From: an uncultured Gemmatimonadales bacterium
GTDB taxonomy: Bacteria; Gemmatimonadota; Gemmatimonadetes; Longimicrobiales; RSA9
Assembly: GCA_963783305.1 (NCBI GenBank)
Contig: CAWAMW010000006.1
Coordinates: 32,001-96,000 of the forward strand
Direction: 5' to 3'
DNA length: 64,000 bases
Shown here: piece after piece, positions 17,324-27,013 of the stretch
How positions within the stretch are numbered: position 1 is the first letter of the stretch
How the letters are laid out: the number at the start of each line of letters is the position of its first letter
The notes under the pieces: model-generated
Seen by the model: only the letters and a program-made list of their open reading frames with translations
The model's database searches: none
What the model was told of the DNA's origin: nothing
Translations under genes and position numbers: made by a program

Positions 17324-17434
17324 TGCACCCGCGTTGCCTTCGGCTCGCTGATCTCGTTCGACGGGGCGCACGGGCGGAGTACGCGGTCCGTCTGGATAGT
17401 CGAACCGCCCGAGTCGCGGTGTCCGCCCCTGTTG
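17324..17434 (+). pseudogene. Possible DUF6883-like C-terminal remnant
   Basis: One frame reads TRVAFG..DGAHGRSTRSVWIVEPPESRCPPLL, resembling the G.GR..RSVWIVE..PRL motif; no start codon. Confidence 0.3.
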
Positions 17435-17450
17435 ATGCTGGACGGCCGGT

Positions 17451-17870
17451 TCAGGCCGCGGGCGTCGCGGCCCGCCGGACGTCGGGTGCAGCCGTCACGC
17501 CGTGGGCCCTCAGGAGCGTGCTGGCCTGCATGAGCAGGTGACGCGGCGACACGGGCTTGGCGAGGGCCATGTCCGCGTGGACGCCGGCGGGCGGGGTCGG
17601 GCGGAACGGATCGATGCTGGTGGAGCAGAGGATGGTCGGCGTGCGCTGCCCCGGCACCAGGGCCGCCATGGTCCGGATGGCGTCGACCCAGACCGGGTCG
17701 TCGTACACCTCCGTCACGACCAGGGCCGGCTCGAAACGGGCGAACAGCCGGAGCCCATCCTCCGCGTTCTCCGCCTCGACAACGACATGACCGTGGTGAC
17801 GGAAGCAGTCGCCGTACATGGACCGCGTGGCCGCGCTGGGATCGATCAACAGAATGGGCGCGTTCCTCAT
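17451..17870 (-). CDS. Stand-alone atypical response-regulator receiver domain
   Basis: ILLIDP, VVEAENAEDGL, LVVTE (Glu at the phospho-Asp position), LAKPVSPRHL. Confidence 0.75.
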   Translation of the reverse strand: MRNAPILLIDPSAATRSMYGDCFRHHGHVVVEAENAEDGLRLFARFEPALVVTEVYDDPVWVDAIRTMAALVPGQRTPTILCSTSIDPFRPTPPAGVHADMALAKPVSPRHLLMQASTLLRAHGVTAAPDVRRAATPAA

Positions 17871-18269
17871 CAGACACTCCTCGTCGAGGTGCAGTACAGG
17901 GGGAGAGGAGGCCCGGAAACAGGGCGAGAGCCGTGCTACCGTGGCGGAGAATCCGGCAAGATGTTCAGGCCCAACGACATGGGGCGCCGGCACGGCCTTT
18001 GGCAGCCGCGTGGCGGCATGGCAACGTGCAGCGTTCGTGGCACTATGCACGGGCGGTGGGGGCTCCCCCGCGCCCGCCTGACGTCTCGACAGCCAGCACG
18101 AGAAGCCGACTGTCACGCCCAAGTGGAGCCAGCTCCCGACATCCTCGCCGGTCCAACCCTCGTTTGCTACTCTGGAGCTGCCCCCCCGACCCGATCCCGG
18201 CTAGAATCGCCGACGCCGGCCACCCGGTCCGACCAAAGGAGGCGGCGACGTTCCGTCCCCTGCGGGCTC

Positions 18270-18671
18270 ATGGTGGCCAACCTCCTGGCCCACACGGACC
18301 TGTTCGCCGCCGGGATCGCCCGGAGCGGCTCGTACAACAAGACCAACCAGCCGTTCGGATTCCAGTCCGAGCGACGATCGCTGTTCGAGGCGCGGGAGGC
18401 GTACATCCAGCTCTCGCCGACGTTCTTCGCCGACCAGGTGAACGAGCCCGTGCTCGTCATCCACGGCAACGACGACTCGAACCCCGGCACCCGCACCTAC
18501 CAGAGCGAGGTCTTCTTCGAGGCCGTGCGTGGTTCCGGCGGCACCACGCGGCTGGTGCTCCTCCCCTTCGAGGACCACGGCTACCGGGCCATCGAGAGCA
18601 TCGAGCACGTGCTCTGGGAGCAGCTCGAGTGGTTCGACCGGTACGTGAAGGGGAAGCACGCAGCGAAGTAG
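18270..18671 (+). pseudogene. C-terminal fragment of an S9 prolyl oligopeptidase-family (glutamyl peptidase-like) enzyme
   Basis: MVANLLAHTDLFAAGIARSGSYN..PFGFQSERR, IHGNDDSNPGT, LPFEDHGY; homology begins just after the GHSYG nucleophile motif, which is absent. Confidence 0.75.
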
Positions 18672-18719
18672 GACGCCGCGGGGGTCGTGGAGACCGAGCT
18701 CAACGCACGGGTCTGGAGC

Positions 18720-21614
18720 TCACGGCGAAACCTGAGCCTGCTCCCCACCCGGACCCGAGTTCGCCGGGGAGCCGGGGGCGGTCAGCCGATCGGCCTGCTC
18801 CCGGGCCTCCCGGAGGATCTCCTCGGCCCTGCCATCCGCCTCTTCGGTGAGCTGGGTGGCGCGACGGTCGGCTTCCTGGCGAAGCCGGCTCCCCGCCGCT
18901 TCGGCCGCACGGCGCGCGATGGGGTTTTCCGCCTCGGCCACCAGCCCGCGGGCCTGGCGGTCGGCTTCGTCCCGGAGCCGGGCGGCCGCCCGCTCGGCCT
19001 CTGTCCGGACCCGCTCGGCCTGAACGGCGGCGGCTGCCACGATGGAGTCCGCCCGCACGCGGGCTTCCTCCCGTGCGGCCTCGACTCGTGACCGGGCCTC
19101 CTCCTCCGCCTGGAGTCGCGCCCGCTCGACGCGCTCGCGGGCTTCGGTGGCCTGGCGGTCGGCCTCCTCCTCGAGGCGGGTGCGGGCCTGGCCGGCGAGA
19201 TCGGCGCCGGCCGAGGCGAGCGCTTCGGCGAGGTTCACGGTCACGCTGGGGTCCTGGAAGGTCCCGCCGATGGTCGCCTCCACGCGGACGGCCTCGGCGT
19301 CCGAGAGACGGAGGCCGGCCCGTCCCGCCCGGCCGATGAGATCGCCGATGACACGGTTCGCGTCGTTGCCCAGGGCGGCCCTGGGGAGCTGGAGCTCCAC
19401 GGTATAGCTCAGCGACCCGTCGATCCCGTTGGAGCCCGCGACCATGGCGGCGCCGGGGCCGAGCTGGAGGGTGAACGGACGAACGTGGAGGCGGCCGTCC
19501 CGCACCTGGAGCGATGCGGCGAAGTCGGATACCGTCGGGCTCCGGAGCGCCTCGATCCGGACGGCCTCCGCCAGGCGGTCCAGCGCCGGCACTCCCTGCA
19601 CTCCCAGGCTCTGCGTCCGTATCCCGCCCTCGCCGTTGAGCGTGGGGAGCGCGACGGTCATGTCCCCACCGACGATCCCGCGCACCGCCAGGTCGGAGGA
19701 GAAGGTCCCCGTGGCGTATCGGGCGGCTGGGGCGAGGGCGCGGACGGTGTTGAGCGTCTCGAAGGCGCTCGGAATGTCGACGCCGGCGATCGCCAGCGCG
19801 AGGTCGAACGCGGGGCGGTCGGGGTTCAGGGTCTCGTACCACCCGCGGGCCACGATCTCGCCACCGAGGGTGGCCACACCGAAGTCGTCGAGGGTGACCC
19901 GCTGGTTCCGGACTCCGAGGTCGCCCCGGGCATCGGTCATGACCAGGCGTCCGAACGTCATGGAGTCCACGTCCGCCGAAACCGTCAGGTCGAGATTGCC
20001 CGGCACGGGGATGATCTCGAGACCCCGCGGGTCGTTCCGCTTCCATTCGTCCAGCGCCAGGTAGCGGCTCCGGAGCTCCGCTCGCCCCTGAAGGGCCTCG
20101 CCGTTGAGGAGGAAGGCCAGGAGGTTGTCGACGCGCGCGCTCCCCTCCAGCGCGCTGGAGCCGATGGACCCCCGAAAGGCCGGGATCTCCGCGTGCCGCG
20201 GCGAGAGGTCCAGCGTAAGTGCCTCGACCACCACCCGCTCGGGCACCCCTTTACCGGCCACCACGACATCGGTCAGGGCCACTCGTCCGGTGGCCTCGAT
20301 CCGCTCGTAGGCTTCCGCCTCCACCCACGATCGGCGGGCGTGGACGGACGCATCCGCGACGATCTGTCCCGCCAACTCCTCGATCCCTTCCAGCTTTACT
20401 GCATTGCCCAGCGCCGCCAGGTCCAGCCGCCCATTTACCAACGCTCTGACCTCGGGGTCGGACACGGGCGTGGAGAGCCCGAGCGCGGCCGTGAACGGGG
20501 CGCCCTCGACCGCGAACGTGAGACGCTCCACCTCCACCACCGTGCTGTCCAGGTCCGCGGCCGGTTGTCGCACGGCCAGGTCGAGGAAGACGTCGGTGAC
20601 GGGGACCCGAAGGTCGTCGTAGCGGAACCGCCCGTCGTCCACCCGCGCGTTCACGGCAAAGGACGGCACGGCGCCGCCTCCGATCCGACCCCGGACATAC
20701 CCATCCACGGCCACGGTGCCGTCGGCCTCGAGACCGGCCGCCTCGTCCGTGAGGATGGCGGGGATCAGCGAGAGGATGTCCCGGAACCCGGCCCGGTCCG
20801 CCGCGAACGTCACGTCCACCTCGGACCCCTCCTCGAGGCGCCGGAGCGATCCGTCGAAGGAAACGGCGAGGTCGTTCACGGCGACGCGATTCTCCCGCAG
20901 CGTAAAGAGCCCGTCCGCCATGTTCGCGTCGATGTCGGCCTCCGCGGCGACCCGGGCAGCCGTCAGGTAGGGAACGCCGGCCTGGCGGAGGGTCACGGAC
21001 CCGGCCTCGGTGCGGCTCCGCAGGCCGAAGCGCTCGGCGCCCAGATCCCCGGACATGCTGTGGCTCAGGTCGGAGACGCGCAGGTGGAGTCCGCTGCGGT
21101 CGTCGTCGTACTCGATGCGCCCGTCGTCGACCTCCAGCAGCCGGAGATCGAGCCGGAGGTCCCGCGACCCGGCGACCTCCGGCTCCCCGGCGCTCGCCTC
21201 CTCGAGCGCCTTCATGATGTCCCAGCTGGCCCGACCACCTTCCAGGACGCGGGCCCGGAGCAGCGGGGCCGAGGCGTGGACGCTCCGCACCACCACGGCC
21301 TCACCCCGGCGGAGCGCTCCTATGGCGCTCCCCAGCCCGATGACCACCCGGAACCGGTCGGCGTGCGCCAGTGTGTCGCCGGCGAAGACGCCGACGCCGG
21401 TCACCGTCAGCCCCTCCACGGTCACGGCGAGGTTGGGGAAATGGCGGAAGAGGCCGAGGTCGATGTCCTCGTAGGTGACCTCGGCGTCGACCCGGCGCTC
21501 GAGGGCGGCCGCAACGCGTCGCTCGATGGGGCCACCAAAGAAGAGCGGGATCGCCGCGAGGGTGACGACCACGAGGAGGAGGATTCCGGCGACGATCTGG
21601 AAGAGACGCTTCAT
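18720..21614 (-). CDS. AsmA-family envelope protein with C-terminal coiled coil
   Basis: N-terminal anchor MKRLFQIVAGILLL, LFRHFPNL, long beta-rich body, GSNGIDGSLSY, IGGTFQDPSV, Ala/Glu/Arg coiled-coil tail. Confidence 0.85.
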   Translation of the reverse strand: MKRLFQIVAGILLLVVVTLAAIPLFFGGPIERRVAAALERRVDAEVTYEDIDLGLFRHFPNLAVTVEGLTVTGVGVFAGDTLAHADRFRVVIGLGSAIGALRRGEAVVVRSVHASAPLLRARVLEGGRASWDIMKALEEASAGEPEVAGSRDLRLDLRLLEVDDGRIEYDDDRSGLHLRVSDLSHSMSGDLGAERFGLRSRTEAGSVTLRQAGVPYLTAARVAAEADIDANMADGLFTLRENRVAVNDLAVSFDGSLRRLEEGSEVDVTFAADRAGFRDILSLIPAILTDEAAGLEADGTVAVDGYVRGRIGGGAVPSFAVNARVDDGRFRYDDLRVPVTDVFLDLAVRQPAADLDSTVVEVERLTFAVEGAPFTAALGLSTPVSDPEVRALVNGRLDLAALGNAVKLEGIEELAGQIVADASVHARRSWVEAEAYERIEATGRVALTDVVVAGKGVPERVVVEALTLDLSPRHAEIPAFRGSIGSSALEGSARVDNLLAFLLNGEALQGRAELRSRYLALDEWKRNDPRGLEIIPVPGNLDLTVSADVDSMTFGRLVMTDARGDLGVRNQRVTLDDFGVATLGGEIVARGWYETLNPDRPAFDLALAIAGVDIPSAFETLNTVRALAPAARYATGTFSSDLAVRGIVGGDMTVALPTLNGEGGIRTQSLGVQGVPALDRLAEAVRIEALRSPTVSDFAASLQVRDGRLHVRPFTLQLGPGAAMVAGSNGIDGSLSYTVELQLPRAALGNDANRVIGDLIGRAGRAGLRLSDAEAVRVEATIGGTFQDPSVTVNLAEALASAGADLAGQARTRLEEEADRQATEARERVERARLQAEEEARSRVEAAREEARVRADSIVAAAAVQAERVRTEAERAAARLRDEADRQARGLVAEAENPIARRAAEAAGSRLRQEADRRATQLTEEADGRAEEILREAREQADRLTAPGSPANSGPGGEQAQVSP

Positions 21615-21778
21615 CACGGCGACCATTTCGGGTTCGGAGAGGCCAGCTGGAGAAAGATAGCGGAGTCCGCTTCCAGGGGCATTCGTTCACGTCAGGGGGC
21701 GCAGGGTACGCGCGCCGTGAAGGGCCGAGGTGAGCGGGGCAAGGAGTTTCTGCCGCTCGTCCATGGAGGTGGCGCGAT

Positions 21779-22714
21779 CTACGGACCACCCTTCTCCCGG
21801 ACCGCCGGCTCGATGAGCTCCAGCGACGCGGCCTCGCCATCCAGCCGCGCCCGCGCGCCCACCGGCAGCGTCCAGTTGTGCTCCACGTGGCCGAACGGCA
21901 GGTCCAGGACGGCCGGCACGCCTAGGCGGAGCGCGAACTCCTCCAGGACGTCGGCGACGGGGTGGGGGTCATCATCGGGGTCGGTGAAGCGCCCGAAGGC
22001 GAGGCCGGCGATGCCGTCGGTCGTGCCGGCGCGCTCGAGCTGGAGCAGGAGGCGGTCCACCCGGTACGCGGGCTCGCCCACCTCCTCGAGGAACAGGATC
22101 CGTCCCCGGGCGTCGGGCGTGTCGGGGCTCCCGAGCAGTGCCGCCACGAGCGCCAGGTTCCCGCCGATGAGCGGCGCCTCGGCGACGCCCGGCACCAGCG
22201 TCCGGGGCGGCGGGTCCTCCTCCCGCCGGGGCAGGGTGCCGGGCGGCTCGGCGCGGAAGAGGACGCGCCGGAACGCCTCCTCGGTCTCCGGCGGAAAGTC
22301 GGCGTTGGGGTGCGGTCCGTGGAAGGACCCGACGCCCATGGCGGCGTGACGCACGTGAAGGGTGGTGTTGTCGCTGAAGCCGATGAACGGGATCGGGTCC
22401 CGGCGCTGGCGATCGAGGTCGAGCCGGTCGAGGATGCGCAGCGTTCCGTAGCCGCCGCGGAGCGCCCAGACGGCGTCGGTGTCCGGGTCGTCGAAGGCGC
22501 TCTGGAGGTCCTGGAGCCGGGCCTCGTCGGTGCCCGCCAGGAACCGGTGCCGGGCGCGGGCGGACGGATACAGCACGGGGTCCAGGCCGAGGGACCGGCA
22601 GCGCTCGACGGATGCCTCGATCTGCGCCGGGTCCAGCGGCCCGGCGGGGGCGACCAGGGCAACGCGGGCTCCCGCGCTCAGAGCTCGGGGACGCGCGGCA
22701 GATGGGGCGGTCAT
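21779..22714 (-). CDS. ldcA: LD-carboxypeptidase (peptidase S66)
   Basis: VALVAPAG, RGGYG, IGFSDNT (Ser), GGNL, FLEEVGE (Glu), PFGH (His). Confidence 0.92.
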   Translation of the reverse strand: MTAPSAARPRALSAGARVALVAPAGPLDPAQIEASVERCRSLGLDPVLYPSARARHRFLAGTDEARLQDLQSAFDDPDTDAVWALRGGYGTLRILDRLDLDRQRRDPIPFIGFSDNTTLHVRHAAMGVGSFHGPHPNADFPPETEEAFRRVLFRAEPPGTLPRREEDPPPRTLVPGVAEAPLIGGNLALVAALLGSPDTPDARGRILFLEEVGEPAYRVDRLLLQLERAGTTDGIAGLAFGRFTDPDDDPHPVADVLEEFALRLGVPAVLDLPFGHVEHNWTLPVGARARLDGEAASLELIEPAVREKGGP

Positions 22715-22721
22715 CGTCGGC

Positions 22722-23264
22722 TCAACCGAACAGCAGCCTGACGACCCACACAGCGATGATCATGGCCGCGAAGTCGGCGGTCAGCCCGGCCGCCACCGCG
22801 TGCCGCGTCTTGCGGATGTTGATGGCGCCGAAGTAGACGGCGATCACGTAGAACGTCGTCTCGGTGGAGCCGAACATGGTGGCCGCCATCTTCACGAACA
22901 GCGAGTCCTCGCCGTACTGGTTGATCATGTCCACCACCAGCCCGGCCGAGCCGGAGCCCGTGAGCGGGCGGACGATGGCCATGGGCAGCACCTCGGCCGG
23001 GAACCCGATCAGGGAGAGGACCGGGTTGAGCCCCGTGGCCAGGGCATCCATGGCCCCGCTGGCGCGGAACATCCCGATGGCGAAGAGGATGGCGACCAGG
23101 TACGGGATGATCCGCACGGCCACGGTGAACCCCTCCTTCGCACCCTCCACGAAGGTCTCATAGACGGGGACCTTCTTGAAGAGCCCGTAGAGCGGGAACC
23201 CCACCACGATGAGCGGGATGACGAAATAGGAGGCGACGTTGATGATGTCGCGGAGCGTGTCCAT
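22722..23264 (-). CDS. spmB: SpmB/YjiG nucleoside-recognition (gate) domain membrane protein
   Basis: VYETFVEGAKEGF, RPLTGSGS, GSTETTFYVIAVYFG..IRKTRHA. Confidence 0.92.
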   Translation of the reverse strand: MDTLRDIINVASYFVIPLIVVGFPLYGLFKKVPVYETFVEGAKEGFTVAVRIIPYLVAILFAIGMFRASGAMDALATGLNPVLSLIGFPAEVLPMAIVRPLTGSGSAGLVVDMINQYGEDSLFVKMAATMFGSTETTFYVIAVYFGAINIRKTRHAVAAGLTADFAAMIIAVWVVRLLFG

Positions 23265-24316
23265 CAGACGCCTCCCTTCTCACGCGCGACCCGGTTCGGC
23301 TCGCTGGCCCGAACCCCGGGCAGCTTGCCGTACAGCTTGGTCGCGACAATGGCGATGATCAGCGACAGCGCGGTGGTGATGATGATGGCGAAGATCAGCT
23401 GGTTGATCTGGAGCCCGAGCAGCGCCAGCAGCAGGACGGGCGGCACGAGCTGGACGCTCGCGGTGTTGATCGCCAGGAGCATGACCATGGGGTCCGTGGC
23501 CGTGTCGTCGCTCGGGTTGAGCTCCTGGAGCTCCTCCATGGCCTTGATGCCGAACGGCGTGGCGGCGTTGCCCAGGCCGAAAATGTTGGCGGTCATGTTC
23601 AGCGCGATCATGCCCAGCGCCGGGTGGTCCTCCGGGACGTCGGGGAACAGCGGCTTGAGGATCGGCCGGACCAGCCGGACCAGCGCGTGGATGAGCCCGG
23701 CCTCCTCGCCGATCTTGAGCAGCCCGAGGAACAGCGCCAGCACACCAATAAGGCTCAGCGCGATCTCGGCGGCCGTCTCGGCGAAGTCGAGGGCGGCGGC
23801 GGCGATGGCGTTCATCTTGACGAAGCGGATCCGGTCGAACCGGACCGCGGCGCGCGTCGACGGCAGCGGCGCCGGCATCACCTCCTCGGTCACACCCTCC
23901 ACTCCTTGCGACACCGCCGCCGCCGGCTGGCCCGGAGGTCCCGTGAAGTTCACCAGAGCGCCCTGCAGCTCCTCGTCCCGCGACTGTGACACCCCCTGGA
24001 TCGTCGCCAGCGGCTCCGGCAGCTCGGCGTCCGCCTCGAAGCGCAGCACCGTCCCCTCCCGCGTCTGCCGGAGGTAGCCCTCGTAGCTCTCGGCCGGCGT
24101 CTCCTCGGTGTCGTAGAACTCCTGGTATTCCTGCGCGTTCACCTGGATCCGCACCGGGACCCGCCGCGCATCAGGGTCGTAGCCCTCCGGGAACGCCAGC
24201 TCGACCGGGAGCGGCACCTGGTTCCGATACCTGTCGTGCCGGATGTCCTGGATGTCGGTCGCCAGGGCGAAAAACAGGCTCGAGACGATGAGGGCCGCCC
24301 AGATATAGTTCAGCAT
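23264..24316 (-). CDS. spmA: SpmA/YjiH nucleoside-recognition domain protein with large extracytoplasmic insertion
   Basis: MLNYIW start, LFPDVPEDHPA, ANIFGLGNAATPFGIKAMEELQELNP, AINTASVQL. Confidence 0.9.
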   Translation of the reverse strand: MLNYIWAALIVSSLFFALATDIQDIRHDRYRNQVPLPVELAFPEGYDPDARRVPVRIQVNAQEYQEFYDTEETPAESYEGYLRQTREGTVLRFEADAELPEPLATIQGVSQSRDEELQGALVNFTGPPGQPAAAVSQGVEGVTEEVMPAPLPSTRAAVRFDRIRFVKMNAIAAAALDFAETAAEIALSLIGVLALFLGLLKIGEEAGLIHALVRLVRPILKPLFPDVPEDHPALGMIALNMTANIFGLGNAATPFGIKAMEELQELNPSDDTATDPMVMLLAINTASVQLVPPVLLLALLGLQINQLIFAIIITTALSLIIAIVATKLYGKLPGVRASEPNRVAREKGGV

Positions 24317-24535
24317 GGGGCATCGGGGGGGCGCACGTGGAGGAGGGGAGTGGACACCATGGCTCGAAGAGTGGGCTCAGGGTTCTCGCGGTCGCTACGC
24401 TGTGGACGTCGGCCGCCCTTGCAGGCATCAGGCCAGTAGCTGTCGACGGGGGCGAAGCGGTGGTGCAGGGTGCGGCGGAGACCGGGGGTGTGGGTCGCAG
24501 GCGGCGGCGAGTGGGCTGGGCCCGGGGAGCGCGCT

Positions 24536-24559
24536 TCGCAAACAAACGTTTGATTGCGA
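24536..24559. promoter_or_regulatory. 24-bp near-perfect palindrome TCGCAAaCAAACGTTTGaTTGCGA, putative operator
   Basis: One mismatched pair; in the divergent spmA/subtilase intergenic region. Confidence 0.55.
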
Positions 24560-24706
24560 TGTAGGGTATTCCACCACATCCATGTGGGGCGATACCCTGC
24601 AGGTGAGCGTGTCGTGAACGGGCGTGTCCAGCTCGTGACCACCCCGGAAGCCTCACCCTTCGTGGTCGGACCCCCGTCCCGAACCCCCCATGAAAGGTGC
24701 TCGACC

Positions 24707-26911
24707 ATGCTCAAACGTATGCCCCTGTTCCTGCTCGGCTTCCTGATCATCGCCCTTGCTTCGTGCGGCGAGATCGCGGAACCTCCCACCGAAGACCAGC
24801 TCGCCCCTGCGAACGATCTCGCAGCGGCGCTCGCGGCAGCTCCAGGCGGAGAGAAGGTGCGCGTCATCCTGGAGGTCAGGGGCATGGCCTCGGTCCAGGG
24901 TATGGCCGCCACGCTCGGCAGCAGCGCCAACAGCCGCGTGCTCCGGACGTACAACAACTTCCCGCTGCTCGCGATCGAGGTGAACGAAAACGCTCTCGAG
25001 GCGCTTCAGAGGGCCCCCGGCATCGTCTCCGTGACGCCGGACATCGCCTCGCCGCCCGCGCTGGACGCGAGCCTGCCGGTGATCAACGCGGATGACGTCC
25101 ACGCTCTGGGCTGGGACGGCAGCGGCTGGACGGTCGCGATCCTCGACACGGGAATCGACCAGGACCACCCGTTCCTCACGGGCCGGATCGTCTCGCAGGC
25201 CTGCTACTCGACGGAGGACCCGGGCAACAACATATTCTCGCTGTGCCCCGGGAGCGCCACCAGCTCGACGGCCGCCAACGCGGCGGATATCGACACCGCA
25301 CTGTGCAACAACACCGGTAATCTCTGCGACCACGGCACGCACGTGGCCGGTATCGCGGCCGGTGACGGTACGGGTGTGGCCGGTGCCCCCGCAGCGGGCG
25401 TGGCCCCGGGAGCGAACATCATCGCCATCCAGGTCTTCACCCCCAACGATATCCTGACGCGGCTTCAGACCACCGGCGTGCCTATCAACTACGTCAGCGG
25501 CGGCGCCAACGTCACCACCCCCAGGATCGACCTTCTGGCCGCGCTGCAGACCACGGCCGCTCCGCCGGTGCTCACCGCCGACAACGCCACCGTCACCGTC
25601 GACGAGGGCCAGACGGCCACGAACACCGGCACCTTCGCATCCGATGACGGTTCGGTAACCCTGGCCGCCTCCATCGGCAGCGTCGTGGACGCCGGCGGCG
25701 GCGTGTGGTCGTGGAGCTACGCCACCAGCGATGGCCCCGCCCAGAGTCAGACGGTGACCATCACCGGTTCGGACGAGCTCGGACAGGACGGCGACGTCTC
25801 CTTCGACCTGGTCGTGGAGAACGTGGCTCCTACGGTCACCATCGTTGGCGCCCAGTCCATGAGCCTGGACGAGGGCGGTGACCTGCTGGTGACCGGTCAC
25901 TTCACCGATCCGGGCACGCTCGACACCCACACCGCCACCGTCACCTGCCACACCGTCGGCGGGGGACTGGACAAGGCCGGCAGCATCAACATCACGAGCA
26001 CGACGCCGGTCACGGCAGGCACCGTGACCGCCACCTGCCCGTACGGGGATGACAGCGATCCGACTTTCGCCGTGACAGTCACCGTGACGGACAGCGACGG
26101 GGGCGAGGGGTCGGCGTCGTTCGACCTCACGGTGAACAACGTGGATCCGACCGTCGCGATCGACGAGACCGGCACGATCCTGGTCAATGGCACGCCCACC
26201 TTCATCGCCCAGATCGGCGTACCGCTGAGCTTCGATGGCAACGCCACCGATCCCGGCAGTGACGACCTCGAGATGGAGTGGGACTGGGACGACGGCAGCA
26301 CCACGAACACCATGTACCTGGTGAACCCGCCCGCGGCGGATCCGCTGCCGAGCCCGGACGTGGACCCCAGGGACGTGGACGATACCCAGTCGCACACGTG
26401 GACGGACGCGTGCACGTTCGCGGTCTCGCTCACCGCCACGGATGACGACGGCGGAGCGGGGAGTGACGGCGTGAGCGTCGTCATTGCAGGCAACTCCGGC
26501 CAGGCCCGCAGTCAGGGGTATTGGCAGACGGAGTACAGGGGCAAGACGAAGAAGTTCGACAACGCCACCCTGGACTGCTACCTGAGCATTGTCGGCTTCA
26601 TGTCCGCGGTCTTCGACGAGGTAGTGGACGCCTCCACGAAGGAGAAGGCGGCCAAGATCCTGCATCCGGGGGGCAACACCGGGATGGCGGAGCTCCTCGA
26701 CATCCAGCTGCTGGCGGCCTGGCTCAACTTCGCCAACGGCGCCTTTGGCTGGGATGAGCTCGTGGACACCGATGGCGACAAGGTGCCCGACACGGCGTTC
26801 TCCACCGCCATAATGGCGGCCGAGGCCGTCCGGCTGGATCCGTTCGCGACCACAGCCGAGCTCGAGGCGCAGAAGAACATCCTCGAGTGGATCAACCTGA
26901 TGCACGAGTAA
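24707..26911 (+). CDS. S8 subtilase-like lipoprotein with I9 propeptide and PKD/Ig repeats; catalytic domain internally deleted
   Basis: Lipobox LASC; ILDTGID (Asp); DHGTHVAGIAAG (His); no GTSMA Ser motif; repeated NVAPTV/FTDPG and TDSDGG PKD-like units. Confidence 0.82.
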   Translation: MLKRMPLFLLGFLIIALASCGEIAEPPTEDQLAPANDLAAALAAAPGGEKVRVILEVRGMASVQGMAATLGSSANSRVLRTYNNFPLLAIEVNENALEALQRAPGIVSVTPDIASPPALDASLPVINADDVHALGWDGSGWTVAILDTGIDQDHPFLTGRIVSQACYSTEDPGNNIFSLCPGSATSSTAANAADIDTALCNNTGNLCDHGTHVAGIAAGDGTGVAGAPAAGVAPGANIIAIQVFTPNDILTRLQTTGVPINYVSGGANVTTPRIDLLAALQTTAAPPVLTADNATVTVDEGQTATNTGTFASDDGSVTLAASIGSVVDAGGGVWSWSYATSDGPAQSQTVTITGSDELGQDGDVSFDLVVENVAPTVTIVGAQSMSLDEGGDLLVTGHFTDPGTLDTHTATVTCHTVGGGLDKAGSINITSTTPVTAGTVTATCPYGDDSDPTFAVTVTVTDSDGGEGSASFDLTVNNVDPTVAIDETGTILVNGTPTFIAQIGVPLSFDGNATDPGSDDLEMEWDWDDGSTTNTMYLVNPPAADPLPSPDVDPRDVDDTQSHTWTDACTFAVSLTATDDDGGAGSDGVSVVIAGNSGQARSQGYWQTEYRGKTKKFDNATLDCYLSIVGFMSAVFDEVVDASTKEKAAKILHPGGNTGMAELLDIQLLAAWLNFANGAFGWDELVDTDGDKVPDTAFSTAIMAAEAVRLDPFATTAELEAQKNILEWINLMHE

Positions 26912-27013
26912 CGCTCCGCTATGGGAGCGAGCGAACACGGTGCACTGGGACCCGGTCCGCTTCGGCGGGCCGGGTTTCCGGCATCGGTATCTCTTGACGC
27001 ACGGGAGCGACCC

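Noticed and set aside
22722..24316. spmA/spmB as evidence of sporulation
   Set aside because: Homologs occur in many non-sporulating bacteria, and the window encodes outer-membrane proteins
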